DNA of 64,000 bases from Auanema rhodensis (GCA_964057225.1 OZ059899.1:5146001-5210000); one strand, 5' to 3'; shown: positions 24,535 to 37,819, numbered from the stretch's first letter. The notes: generated by a model not told the origin, from the sequence alone. A program made the numbers and translations.

Positions 24535-27500
24535 TTAGGAAGAGGAGTTTCGACTACAGACAACTGCAACCGATTGATGCATAACAATTCCGGCCAAAAA
24601 CTGGCAGAGATTAGCTTGCACAATAGTGGCATGTACCAAATTTTTGGTTCGTTCATCATCGCGAACTGCTTCAAGGGGTTCGGCAGCTTTATGAGTATGG
24701 TATCTAGAAGTTTTCTAAAATTAATTTCTCTAGATTTTTAATGCAACCTTATTGGATTACGACGTCCAGACGATCCAAACGTTCGTCCTCTTAAAAAAGA
24801 TGAAATTTGACTAGAAGTATCTTCTCGAGGAGATTCACCGAACCTTAATGAAGCAATTAAACTGTACAAAAGTCTAAATATGCCTCGAGCCATCAGACCA
24901 CCTATCCACTCTTTCAGCGCGTGCGTTCAAGGTTTTCAGTGAACGGGACACCCACGTGCTTAAGCAATCTACAGCAGCAATTTGTTGATCTAGTCTACTT
25001 TTCGATAAAGTTAGTTTCTGCAAAATAAATGATGATATTTTATGTAGAACAGATCCTAACTTGAAGAAGAGAAGGGTATTGTTCCGAAATATTTTTACCG
25101 AAAAAGAGAGCAGTGAGGATAGGCTGAGGATAGGCAGCTAGGGCTGTTATTGTAGAAGCCAAAGATATATTATACAATAAAGAATGCTCGTTCATTCTCC
25201 CTAATTCTTCAAACAAACATTCAATCAAGAATGGTGTACCTTTAATTATAATTTCTTCGTATACATTTAATTTTCAATAGCAACTAACCTTGTTCTTCTT
25301 GTATGGGTTGACCTGTTAAAGCATCTTGTTTGAACTCTTGTTCGATTGAAATATCTTCTTGATTCTTAGAAATGTTTTTCTCCTTATCAAGATTTAACTC
25401 ATTCCAATATTGAACTCGGGAATCTAGATAGTTCATGCACTCTGTTACTGACGTTTTGGCCGCCTCTTTACTCAAACTTTGACAGTCAACCATAGACAGA
25501 AAAGCATCATCCTATTAATATTTATGAAATTATATAATACTATATAAAACTTACATTTAAATTAGACCACCCAGTTAAAACAAACGATTTTGCCATCTCA
25601 GCATCAGTATCAAATCCTCGACCGGTTGTAGTAGAAGACTCATTTTCTGATGTCAAAGAAACAGAATCCAGACGAGAAATTTCTTTGGTTTTTGATCTTA
25701 CTCTCTCCTGAAGTTCATAAAAGAAAATATAATGCAAGAAATAGAAAACATACATTTCGTTGAGGACTTCCAGGTGATTCCTCGCTTTCAGACGTATCAT
25801 CAAAAGTAGCAAATTGAAAATAATCAGCCATTGATGAAGTCATTTTGGATGATGTGCTAAATAAATAAATTATATAGAAAGCAGAAGATAGTAATTACTG
25901 AATAGGTGGAAGTACAAATTCGCTATCTTCTTGTATTTCATCCGTTATGTCTTCTAGGGAACCAGCCCGCGTTGGAGAACCACCAAGACCTACTAATCTG
26001 CCTGAAATATTTTGTTTAGATACACAAAAAACTATTTAAACCAGAATGAGGAGCATTCGAATCGGCAGTTAAATGCAAGGATCTAGAAGCGAAATAGCGG
26101 TTAAGTCCATGTGCAGCTGAAGACATTGATGAACGGCAAGAATTCAAGCGAGAAAAGGTCTGAAAAACATTTGTTTCAGTTATTCTGAAATTCGTACCGT
26201 TTGTGGTTCATCATCACTATCCTCCCGAAATAGCAGATATGACGGATTAATTCCATCATACTTCCATTTCCAAGATGACGACGAATGAGCTCTTTTCTCC
26301 ACGAGTTGAGCCCCTTCTCTTAAATATACTTGTAGCGTGTTTTGCGAAGCAATCTAAAAAACAATATCAAAAGAGAAAACAAAATGAACTCACTTCAGAA
26401 AATGGAAGCATAGTATCTGGAATACAGGATAAAAATTCATCCGCGAGATCGGAAACGTATTTGGAATCCCGTATATGTTGAAGCTGCGCCTTAGAAACAT
26501 GATGAAGTGGAAGCAAATAGCGAAATATCAATACTAAAGTAAAAATAATTCTTTTCAATTTCTTGTAATTTCCGTGTTTGAGACAATAATTTACCATTAG
26601 CATAATTTTGAATTGAAAAATAAACACTTTTTGATAAAAAACATTAACTGACCTAGCATCAAATCTTCACATCCTAATTGCAGTATACAATCGATGAGTT
26701 GTAACGATGTCAGTGCAAGCTGAAATAAATAAAAAATAAAATATTTCAACTACTGTTCCTGTATCCTCACCCTGTCTGTTCCCCGAATTCTGTCTATTAT
26801 AACATTTATTAGCATTTTGTTTTCGTCATCATGTTCTAGTAGCAACATTCGTATTATCATTTTCAAAAGTTGTGATTCGCTTATAGCATCAATGCAAACT
26901 TGTAAATAAGCCGTAGAAGCTGCAACAGCTTCTCGTTCTTCCTAAACCATTTAGAAATAGGACATATTTTCTAGAAACAACACCAAACCTGGAGTAGAGC
27001 TGGCTTAACGACAGATATAAGGAATCCAGAATAAAAATAAGAGCAAATTTGATCAACTACATAAGGATGTGAAGCCTTTAAGATACTTAGTGTTTAAAAT
27101 ATCTTTAATTGAGAAGGTTACCTGGACAACTGCATTGCAAAAAACAATAGATGAATGAAAATTAGTTAAAAACTCATTAAAGTGATCGGGAACAAGACGA
27201 TCACCTCCTTCAACGGATAAAACTCTAGGAAGCTGAGAAAAACAGCCAGATAGACCAGTGGCAACAACAGGGCAAAAAGCGCTCTAAACTGAAAAATACA
27301 AGGAAGAAAAAAAGAAAAAGAAAAACTTTTTTTGCTACAAAATCCGCTATCTGATCATGTTGAGAAGAAACCGACAAAATACGTAGCAAAGCATCACGAG
27401 CAAGCTGGCCAGTGTCATTCTAAATTCAAGATACTAACTCTAAAAAAATCAAAAATAATTTACTTGTTCGTAAAGAAACGGGATCAGTAACGAAAAAACC

Positions 27501-28389
27501 GCAAACTGATTAGCCCCATCGGCACAAGAGAAGAAGAAATGTAAAAGTGTTCTATCTTCAGCAAGTTTAGAGCAAATCTGATGAAGAAGGATAACGAAAT
27601 GCTTATCCCTTGCAGTAAGTTGCGTCTGGTTTGATGGTCTAACAACTTCAGCTCTTTTGCACCTTTAATAGAGTTTAGACAGTAAAAAAACAGAAAAATA
27701 TAAATACCAGTCAAAAAGTCGAAGTAACGGGTGAAGTATAGGCTTGTGAACGAGGAGACAATGATTCTGAGTATGACTTTCGCTTACGATTTCTTCATAA
27801 ATTCGAATAAGAGATAACTAAAATCAGTGATTATGATCATACTATATAAAAAAAACGAACTTGACAAATTGGCTTATTATAATCTGATACCTGAATGGCA
27901 AAGTCTAATACGCGTTCCAATATCTATATTGAAAATAGTTAAATTAGTGGTGACAAAGATAAAAAACCTGCTGAGTGAAATAACGATCAAGAATTGGACC
28001 AATAGCAGGCTCAGGCTGTGCATTTGCTTCCATCATCAATAATTTGCACATTTGATTCAACTGACCTAGTAATTGAGTCATCTGCAAATTTGTAATTAAC
28101 ATTAGTCAAACTTGTAACAAACTTCATCATATGTGATTTCTCTTTCAACATCTCGTTCTTTTGATTCAAGTAAAGCATTAACTTTTCTCCAACACATATC
28201 AAACATGGACTCCCACTGAGATGGATCAGAAGCAAACGCTGCATTCCACCCTTGTTCTATAAAAAAGTAGAGATAATTATAGTAATAACAATTTGTAATG
28301 CCATGTTTTGGAGATTCTGATCTGGAAGATTCATCTCGTGTAGGAGATGAAACTGAAGGTGAACCCAGTCTAGATAAGAATGAAAACAT
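24535..28389 (-). CDS. FHIP1: FHF complex subunit HOOK-interacting protein (FHIP/FAM160, RAI16-like domain)
   Basis: FLIPFLYE, GQLARDALLRIL, FCPVVATGLSGCFSQLPR, SIVFCNAVVQ and LAAYPQPIL motifs. ATG follows TATTTAG. Stop at 24535-24537. Confidence 0.85.
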
Positions 28390-28613
28390 TTCTAAATAAG
28401 TAAAAATTAAAAATACAAATTATATAATATAAGCGAAAGATAGAAAAAGCTTGAACTTGTGATAACAGTCTGAAAACTATATTTTGTTTGATATTTTGTT
28501 TGAAACAATCAACAACAGATAACAATAACAACAACACAAACATAGTTATATACTCGTATTCTTTAAAATCAACAAGGAAAACAAAGGGTTTTTTTCATTT
28601 TCTAATAATAACT

Positions 28614-31600
28614 TTATAATTCGCACATAGCGGTCAGAATTGAAAGTCTCGTCGGATGATAATATTTGGATGTTGAATTTCTTACTAATACTGTTCCTCC
28701 AGATTTGCGAACATCTTCTAGCACACATAATGGTATATAACCTAAGGCACATCCTTGGGAAGACGAAAACGAAAAATCTCCCCTAACTATGCGACCAATT
28801 GTTAACCTAAAAGTTATTATTTTAGTGTATATTGATCGAAAAAATAAGCTACCTATTAGCAGAATCTTTGTAAGATACAGATGTTTTTGAAATTTGTTCT
28901 TCTTCCAGTTTGCTTAGACGTAACAACCTATCTACCTTTCTTCGTTTAGCGTTAATCTTCTTTTTTCTATTTAGTAACTTTCTTTTCATTTTTCTTAAAA
29001 ATATTTTCTTCATCCTTCAACGGCACTTAAATCTGTGATTACCTATCAACTACAATCGTATCAGGAAATAATGGCTTCAAAGGAATTGGTTTTTCACGAG
29101 TAGATGGATCAACATTCACTACACCTTTCCACATATCATCCTGCCATTTTTTCTTTCCTACGCTATTCTTAGATCTATTATTCTAAATAATACAAGATTT
29201 ATTTTTAGCTTGGAGAGTATTATCATGCTTATACCTCTTCATCTACTTCCATCGCTTCTTCGATTTCAGTAACTTTGTCATCCTCTCTTGTATGCCTTGA
29301 CGGTTGTACCAATACAACAGGTCCATCGGTATGTCGTCTTTTTACCTGAATCACGATATGGTATGTACACAAAACCACAAAAAAGAAACAGAAACAGATG
29401 AAAAAGTTCAAACACTTGTTTCCACCTGATTCCTGACTTTTGAATTTTCGATGGAATTTTGAAACTTTCAAACTATATACAATACTAATTTATACCAACT
29501 TTTATAAGATCATCTGATGTAGGGAGACAGATGAGACCAAATTTCTTAGGTTTTCCACGAGCTATACACTCTAATTGCACAGGAATTAGTGCATTTGAAT
29601 GTTGTTGAAGAATTTCGGCTGAAAACAATATATTGAAGAAACTGTTTTATTTTGTTATAAATTATAATTTAATTATTATTAATTTTTTATTTCAGATGCG
29701 TGAATTATAGAGAAATTCGTTTAAATTCGCATTCACAGCAAACTCATAAGATACTTTACAAAGTACAGTGTTATATCTGTCTACAATAGCTAGTTAGCTT
29801 TATCATTAAAATGAAAAAAATCTCTAATAATATGAGCAAAGAAGTTTTTATTTGAACGCATATCTACTTAAAACATTAAATAATCTGAAGAGTGACACCT
29901 GTCTTGATATTAACCTTCGTATGATCTTTACTGGACTTGGCACCGTGATTGAACCGAATATTGACTCAATTTCTTCAATATTTCCGTGATATGTGCACAG
30001 TGGCCAATGAAACTGAGAGCTCTTTGGTGCCTTGATTTCACGCCGATAAATCGAGAAAGACTATTTGTGCCGACGGTTCAACAAACATCGTCTGTGCTCG
30101 TGCCAATCGTGGAAAGCTCACGAATAAAAAACCAGTTACTTGGCTTTTTCTTATATTAAGTCAACAATTTCATAGAAATTTAACAAACCGAAAGGTATAA
30201 AAGCAGCGAGAAATTAGAAATACCATTAAGCATCAGCTCGACTAATCATCTCAACATGAACAAGTTGTAAGTTTCTAAATTATTATTCAATACTATAGAA
30301 AACTTTTAACTTTTCCAAAGTATTTTCTAAAATGATACTTTCAGCATCATTCTCGCTCTTGTCGCTTGCCTCCTTGTCTGCCAAGCTCAAGCTCAATATG
30401 CCTATTCCCCATACTATGGAGGATACTACGGATACAACGGACTTGGATATGCTGGATCTTACTACCCATCGTCTTATGGATATTCTGGATACTACGGAGG
30501 AGCTTATGGATACCCCTACTATGGAGGATACTATGGATATGGAAGCAACAAGGGAGCTAGTAATGAGAAGCAAGCTCAGGGACCTCTCCCATCTTTGACC
30601 AACAACCAATAAGCATCTACTTAACCAAACACTTATGAGATCTTTTTTTTTCTGACTTTGCCATGAACGAACTGCCGAACATCAATAAACATTTTTTTCC
30701 AATTTCTTTATCTTGATAGTTTGAAAGAACCAAACCTGATATTGAAGCTTTTCCTTTTCCTATTAAGCATTGATTTAGAGTTTCAAGAATTCGCCGATCT
30801 CTCAAAATATAGCAATCATCCGGCGTTATCAAATTCTAAAAAAAATGATCATGTGCATTTGAAGTCAAATATACCTTTGCTTTAGTCCAATCTTTTACCA
30901 ATTCATCAAACAAAAATGAGAAAGGATATCTAATAGAAAGTTTATTCCAATAAACTACTCTACGATTATGAGGTCTTCTTCGATATTTCTCCTAAAACAT
31001 TTGAAATAAAAAGTAGAAAAGCATGAATTTGCCTCGGATTCAGAATTAATTCGCTTTTCTTCTTCAAATCCAGCCTTACAATCTAGCGAATCGAAAGGAA
31101 ATGCAAGACGTTTGGCTTCCAAATGGGCAGCTTGGTCGTCTCGCTCTCCAGAAGCATGTGCGGTGAATAACTGAGCACTGATCCAGAAATCTAACCCTAC
31201 AAAAAAACATTGAAGCTTATACTAATAAAATCCACTAACCAAATCCTGAAGGAAGAATAACTTCACAGCCAGTCAAGGGATCTGAACGTCCCGTTCCTGA
31301 GTTACGAATTATAACTAGCACCGGTATCTTTGCAGGTGTTTCTGATGGGGCTCCAACAGTTTTACTATTCAGAAGCTTCAAATCAGAATCAGAGAGTCTA
31401 CCGTTCGATAAATGTATTAAAATATTCAAAATATAGTTCAAACCGTTTCTCTAGTACTTCTATTCTGTTCTGAAGATCCCATATATGAGATTGAGGAATA
31501 CAATGTTCGAATTTGGCATTGTTATCTGGATTATCATTAGTGGGAAGCTGAACAGTCTTAAGTCAAAGTGAAATATGGGTATTATGCACCTGTCTCTTAG

Positions 31601-33150
31601 AAGGTCTAACAATCCTAAAATCTTCTACTAACAAAGAAAATACAGATCCATCCATTATTTCTCCTGATTGATGTTTGGAAATAGAGGATATCCATTCAGC
31701 ATGATTTTTTCTTTAAAAAAAATTAAAAAATACGAACAGTGAGTAAAAACTCACTCAAAATCAGTAGAATATGGCATTTCGGCTAACTTTAAAACATTTG
31801 AGACAATAGGTAAAGAATATGGTCCATATAGTCGTAAGCGTACCAGTTGATCTTTCAAATCATTCACCTTAAAATAAATTAATAAATAAAATTATTGAAT
31901 TAAAAGACTGACAATAATATCTTCATTCTTATTTTCATATGTTGTGGTGTTAAATTTCATGGCTTTAAGACGCCATTCTTCTTTAGAATATGCTGTGTCC
32001 AGATCCTAAACTGCAAAATTAAAATTTTAAATTAAAAAAATCAAACAATATTCTCGTTATTTGTATCAACTTTTGATAGTTTTAAAATAGAAATTAATGT
32101 TTGAATTAACTGGTCATGACATGAAGGATGAACCCATAGGATTAGTTTAGAACCATTTGATCTAGAAAATAAAATTTAAATAAAAAACAGGAAAATATAA
32201 GTTTTTCACCTAGTTGTTGACCATTGCAATCGGCAAGGACCTATAAAACCTTTAGGATATTTTCCCGGTTCGTAAAGCATAGAAGATATCTTAAAAGAAA
32301 AGTAAAGATTCACAAATAGTTTAGAACTACCTCTAATCTTCCACTTAGTGCACTCTTGTAAGCCAAAGTAGGGCTAGTTCTATTTTCAAATAATGGTTTG
32401 AGCAAATTAATAAGTTGTTGCTGAGATGAGTGAGATATCTGTAATATAAATAATAGAACAAACCAAACTGATACACATACTGTTATGCAACAAAGTAAAC
32501 TTTTATCCCTGATAGAACAATGTCTCATTGAATCTCTATAACATGGACGGAAATTTCGTTGAAAACTTCTATCAGGAACACGATAACCCCATCTAAAACA
32601 TTATTAATTTCTTTAAAATTTCGAATTCTAGGACTAGCCTATCAATCATATGAAATCTTTTAGCATTCCAAATATGAGTTTCCAACCAAATCTTATTTTT
32701 GTTTCGCCTAATGTAATTCTAAACAGAATATGTAATCTTTACATAACAGAAAAAACTTGCAAGTAATAGATTGGTTGGTCTTCTTCTATAAAATCGGCTC
32801 GGTGGTTTCTTTCTATGTTTTGTCAATTTCACATGAACAGCAGCAAATGTTCTGAGTCCTTTGGGGAAACGACGAACTTCATAAGCCATAGCTCTCCTGA
32901 AAAAAATTGAGTAGAATTTCTTTTAAAACAAACGAATACCTTCTCATATGTCTAGGTAACCGCTGAGCAGCAGTTCGCGGACCTTTCGTCACTTCTCCAT
33001 TTACAAGTTTGGTATTATCTACCATCTTAAATACTTTAATTGTGATAGTACAATAAATTTAACAAGCAAAACCTGTAATAATTGTGCAACTTGAACAGCT
33101 CTTTGTTCAACATATTCCTTAACATTAACACTTCTAACAATTTCACTCAT
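28614..33150 (-). CDS. POP1: RNase P/MRP protein subunit POP1 (not the TCF gene pop-1), about 20 introns
   Basis: [52 protein letters not shown] and C-terminal VLVRN motifs. ATG immediately follows TTTTAG. Confidence 0.9.
30196..30202 (+). promoter_or_regulatory. TATA box of the nested peptide gene
   Basis: GTATAAAAG about 60 nt upstream of the ATG at 30256. Confidence 0.65.
30256..30612 (+). CDS. Secreted Tyr/Gly-rich peptide (92 aa) nested antisense in a POP1 intron
   Basis: Exons 30256-30266 and 30345-30612 (GTAAGT...TTTCAG) give [39 protein letters not shown]...[26 protein letters not shown]. Every Gly codon is GGA. AATAAA at 30684-30689. Confidence 0.9.
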
Positions 33151-33358
33151 CTAAAAATGTTTAAAATAATATTATTTCAGTTCAGTTTAGACCTTTCATG
33201 ATTAAATACTTTGAGGAAATTAACCTTATTGTAAAAAACTACTTGAATAGAATGTTTAGTACTCAAATAACAATTAACAAAAATAACACAAAATCCTATG
33301 TTTGAACTATTAAAATAAGATTATCGTACAACAAAAAGGCTAAAGCTTAACAACAAAT

Positions 33359-34032
33359 TCAAGCCAACTCTTTCTTTTTTTCTTCTAATTTGGTAACTTG
33401 TAATGCTCTACGCTCCTCGAACAGCAATGCATCCTACGAATTTCATATATAAACTCTTTCCAAAATACAATTAGCATGAATAATATTACCTGTTCCAAAG
33501 GTTGATCAACAATTTCTTTCACTAGTTGCTTCTTTAACTCAATTTCATCACTGAACTCGTCCTTAATCACTCTTTTTCCAGTAACAGGATCAATTACATT
33601 ACCTGAAACAGAAGGTCTAGTTTAAATTGTAATTAATCAGTATTACCGTATTTAAAAACAACTCGATCAATGGTATGGGCAACATCGGCAGTAGGTCTCA
33701 GAGAACCTTCTATTCGCTTAATCATAACGGTGTCACCTAATCCTCCAAGATTTTGTCTGTAGAGGTACTGTTAACCATATTGAATAATATAAGAACTTAC
33801 TTATCCAATACCCAATAATCAAAAGAACGAGCAAAATATTTTTTCAAATAAATATTAAACTCATTAACACTGCATCTAACCTAGAATATTACTTTAAAAT
33901 AAGAACACAGTATATTTAGAGTGATACCTGAGCACAAGGTATCCTATCAATACCAATGTTATTCATCTTAATGATTTTGCCCATTAAGAGCTCAGTCCCA
34001 ACTCTAGTACGAAAAACTGATGTTTTAGGCAT
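33359..34032 (-). CDS. mrps-17: Mitochondrial ribosomal protein S17 (uS17m)
   Basis: LLMGKIIKM, PCAQVRCSVNEFNIYLKKYFARSFDYWVLD, LGDTVMIKR and VFKYGNVIDPVTGK. Confidence 0.88.
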
Positions 34033-34200
34033 ATTCTGAACAGTTATAATGAATTAGAATTTCGAATGAATGCTGTATAATAGGATATTGAAGGTTTTAA
34101 CCATGACATAAATCTATATATGTAATACACAATATAAAAATTAGTTCATTAAATGTATATAAAAATGTAAAATATACAAATAGAGATCACTTCAACTGGA

Positions 34201-35873
34201 TTATTGCTGATTCTGCGAAAAACAAGACATTTTGTCTACTTTTTTTAAAAGTGAAGGATCTGATACTGTAGCCATCCAGTCCAATAGTTTCAAATCATGA
34301 GAAAGTGCTGTTAAATGCTCGCTAAAATACTTCTATATTTGAGACAGATCACATTATGTTAAGCTTACGAGTTTTTATTGAATCTTTCCATCTTTTCTTT
34401 TAAATCGTCTGGTCTGTTATTTTCAGGTTCAGTAGGATCTTCATATAACTTAAGGAATTCTTCAGGTTTGAATGCTCTGCTTCCCATTTTTGTATCGATA
34501 CGTATCCTAGAAGAAAATAGTAAATAAATTAATACATATTCAACAAAAGAACCTGATTTCTGTCAATTTATCAAAAAGCATTAAACAGTAATCAATATTA
34601 GCATCAACATCGTGAATACCCGATGTCGGCTTTCTTTCACTAATTACTGTTTTGAGCCCTGTACACAAATAGCTTGTTCTGAAAATAAAAACTTGAATGT
34701 TGAGAAAATTAGAGAAACAAACTTATGATTAAGTTCGTGAATCAATTCTTTCGCTATATTACATAAACCTCCGACGGAATAACGATCTAAATTCTCTAAA
34801 ATGTCTGTACTGTAGCTAAGAAGGTGAATTGGCTTCTTTGAGGTCTGAAATAGTTGCAACTAGTTATTGCAAAAGTAGAAACAAACTTTAGCCGAACTTG
34901 AAGCAGCTTGAGCACCAGAAGATTGTCCAGGTGTAGTATTTTGGCCAGTCGAACTAGAAAATCACACAGTTTATGCCACATATATACTATTTTACCTTGT
35001 ATGAGAACTCTGGCCTAATCCTCCCATATATTGATGTTGTGGATTAGACGGAGGCGGCTGAGACGGTTGCTGCTGTGTTGGGGGCTGCTGTGGTGGTTGT
35101 TGTTGTTGAACTTGTTGAACTGGTTGAGGCTGCTGAGGCTGGAGTGTTGGTGGTTGTGCGGAAGGCTGAGGCTGTTGAGGTGCAATATGAGACGGTTGCA
35201 TAGATGGCTGATGGACTTGGTTCGATTGCTGAATAACTTGTGGCTGAGAAGGCATTCCTTGCAACTGTCCAATTGAAGCTCCAGAGCCCTAGAAAAAAAT
35301 AGTCTTGAAATAAAATTAAACCAATATAACTTACAGGTTGAGTCTGCATAGGTCCATAACTAGTATTAATGTACTGCGGCCTTCCTTCAATAATTATCAG
35401 AAATACATAAAAAGATGTGAGAAACACTCACCAGGCATTTGGTTCGGCTGGCCATACATTGGAGGCATCATTCCTTGATGCTGCGATTGCCCCATCCCTG
35501 AATGATTTTGAGGATGCGGTTGTTGTCCATGAGAAGGTGGAACTCCATGGGACTGCTGCATAGGTTGAGGCTGGCCAATATTCTGAGAAGGTGGTCCACC
35601 TTGATAACCCATCGGCATATCTGGGGTAAATGGTCAACATTAAGAAAGATTGTGGAAAACATACTCATTTGGCCATATTGTCCACCGGAGGTCTGTTGAT
35701 AATAACCCATTTGCTGATTTATTCCTGGCTGATGTTGTTGCTGTTGTTGCTGTTGCGCTTGTTGTTGGTTAGGAGGCATATAATTGCCACCCATTCCCTA
35801 TAATTTCATGATGGTAAAGAACTTAATCACGGAACTATACCTGATTGCCATGCGGTGGACCTCCTTGTTGCAT
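34201..35873 (-). CDS. mdt-30: Mediator subunit 30 with Q/P-rich N-terminus
   Basis: Long Gln/Pro/Gly/Met-rich region followed by SVGGLCNIAKELIHELN, CLMLFDKLTEIRIRID and LKLLDWMATVSDP. Adjacent to RFC5, as I recall for C. elegans. Confidence 0.72.
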
Positions 35874-36169
35874 TTCTAATACGAAAAAATAAGTCATACA
35901 ATAAATAGCAATTGTTAAAAAATATATAACCGAATTAACGATGATTAAAAAATTAAAAACAATATAAAACATCCTGTATTAAAACAACATGAATAATATA
36001 AACTTTAAATCAAACGAAGTTTAAGATCAGCGGAAATGAGGAATAATATAAGAGTTTAAGATCATCAACAGAGAGCAGGGCAGGGAAGAGGGAAAACCGG
36101 TATGATATAAGAGAATACTAACTGAGATGAATATTTCTTTTTTTTTTCAAACGATTAATAATCCGAGAT

Positions 36170-37521
36170 TCAAGCAACATAGCTAGTTAGAAGCCTTCGA
36201 GCTTGAATAAAGGTACTCACAAGTCCAGCAATTTGGATTTTCTCAGAGCAACCTTCCGAGAGATTTTCTTCAGTTTGAGCAATTGCAGACAAAAGATAGC
36301 ACATAGCCTATAAAAAAAACTTCGTATGAAAAAATTAATTTCAAAAATAACCTCTTTAGGAATATCCAATTCAAATACCTGATTATGCAATCTAGTAACA
36401 ACGTCGGATAGAGCAAATCCAAAATTGAAGCACATCTCGTTGATCTCTAAATTGTTTACCAATAAGATACATATATAAACTCGCATACTTTCAACACAGC
36501 TAACAAACTTTTCATTCAGCAAAATTTTCAGAATCGAAGCCATTTGTGTATTAGTTGGTTGTCCAACACATGTATACACAGTTTCTTCATTAACATTATC
36601 GAAAGCCATAGAAACAGACTAAAACAAGTTAAGCTAAATAGCTTTTCCAAAAACAAACCTGCAGAACATTCAGAACTCTACGCATATCTCCACCACATAA
36701 ATCCAAAAGAGCAGTTTTTCCACTTTCTGATACAGTAAGCTTTTCACTCTCTATCTACAAATATTAAAAAGTTTGAAAATGAAACAAATTTATGACCAAC
36801 GTACCACATGTTCAAGACGTGGAATAATCAGCTTAACATCCAAAGGAGCAAAACGAAATCGAGTACATCTGAACGAACATGCGTTTCCACAACAACAACA
36901 AAAGTAAAAACCTCGATTGAATAGCCGGAATAATAGAGGATAAATAGTTACATATGATACAGAAACGAACATTCTCAGTATATTTTTCAATAACCCTAGA
37001 AAAGCAATATAAAAGAGAAATAAAACATTATGTTACCTTCTTAAAGCATTTTGAGCATCTTTAGTCATAGCATCAGCTTCGTCGAGAATTACAAGCTTAA
37101 ATGATGATTTGGCATTGGCATCAATATGAAGAGACTTAGTTTGAGCAAATGTAATAATATCTTCTCTAAAATAATATAACAAAAATAAAACTAGAAAAAT
37201 TATCTCCGACCTGACAACATTAATACCGCGATCATCAGAAGCGTTTAATTCTAAAACCATCGAAGATCTTTGTTTTTTAGAAAATATTTGATTTGCAGCA
37301 GCAAGAATAGCGGTAGTTTTACCAGTTCCTGGAGGTCCATAAAATAAAAGATGAGGAAACTTATTACTCTCAATAAATTTGGACACTGTAACTATAACTT
37401 TTAAAAAAATAATAAAATAAAACTAACAAGTTCTAATGATTTCAACATGGGATACTATTTCTTTCAAATTATCAGGACGATATTTCTCCACCCATGGTAA
37501 GTTGACACTATCGACTTCCAT
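36170..37521 (-). CDS. RFC5: Replication factor C small subunit (RFC5 / yeast Rfc3 type)
   Basis: LPWVEKYRP, PHLLFYGPPGTGKT, LELNASDDRGI, LVILDEADAMTKDAQNALRR and IQSRCTRFRFAPL. Confidence 0.93.
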
Positions 37522-37819
37522 CTAAAATTTCAATTTCAATTTAATTAACTATAAAACATATAAGTTTAAGTATAAGTTATAATTTAAATCTAAAATCTTA
37601 GTCGCAGTTCTGGTAACAATTAATGTTTAATGATACCGTAATCTATATATAGTACTGTATGTTTTAATATACGTAAATATTTTAAAATATTTTTAGGAAT
37701 TCTAAGATTTAAACATGTTTATGAAATGAGCTTAGTGGAATAAATATTTTATTTAAAAATTATTTCATTATTGGAATACTTCTCTTTTAGTAATTGGTTA
37801 TATTTTAGAAAACAGGGTA
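37522..37819. promoter_or_regulatory. Probable bidirectional promoter between RFC5 and rpc-2
   Basis: 298-bp gap between divergent ATGs, with two TACNGTA motifs at 37634-37640 and 37653-37659. Confidence 0.55.

Noticed and set aside
30283-30609. ORF-track frames 30283-30609 (-), 30332-30598 (+) and 30366-30560 (+)
   Set aside because: Wrong-frame or antisense shadows of the spliced Tyr/Gly-rich peptide gene
34093-34104. GGTTTTAACC resembling the SL2 leader start
   Set aside because: Match stops after 10 nt, with no leader donor site or Sm site
35015-35699. Overlapping Leu/Trp/Arg-rich and Thr/Ser-rich ORFs
   Set aside because: Alternative-frame and antisense shadows of the Gln/Pro-rich mdt-30 exons
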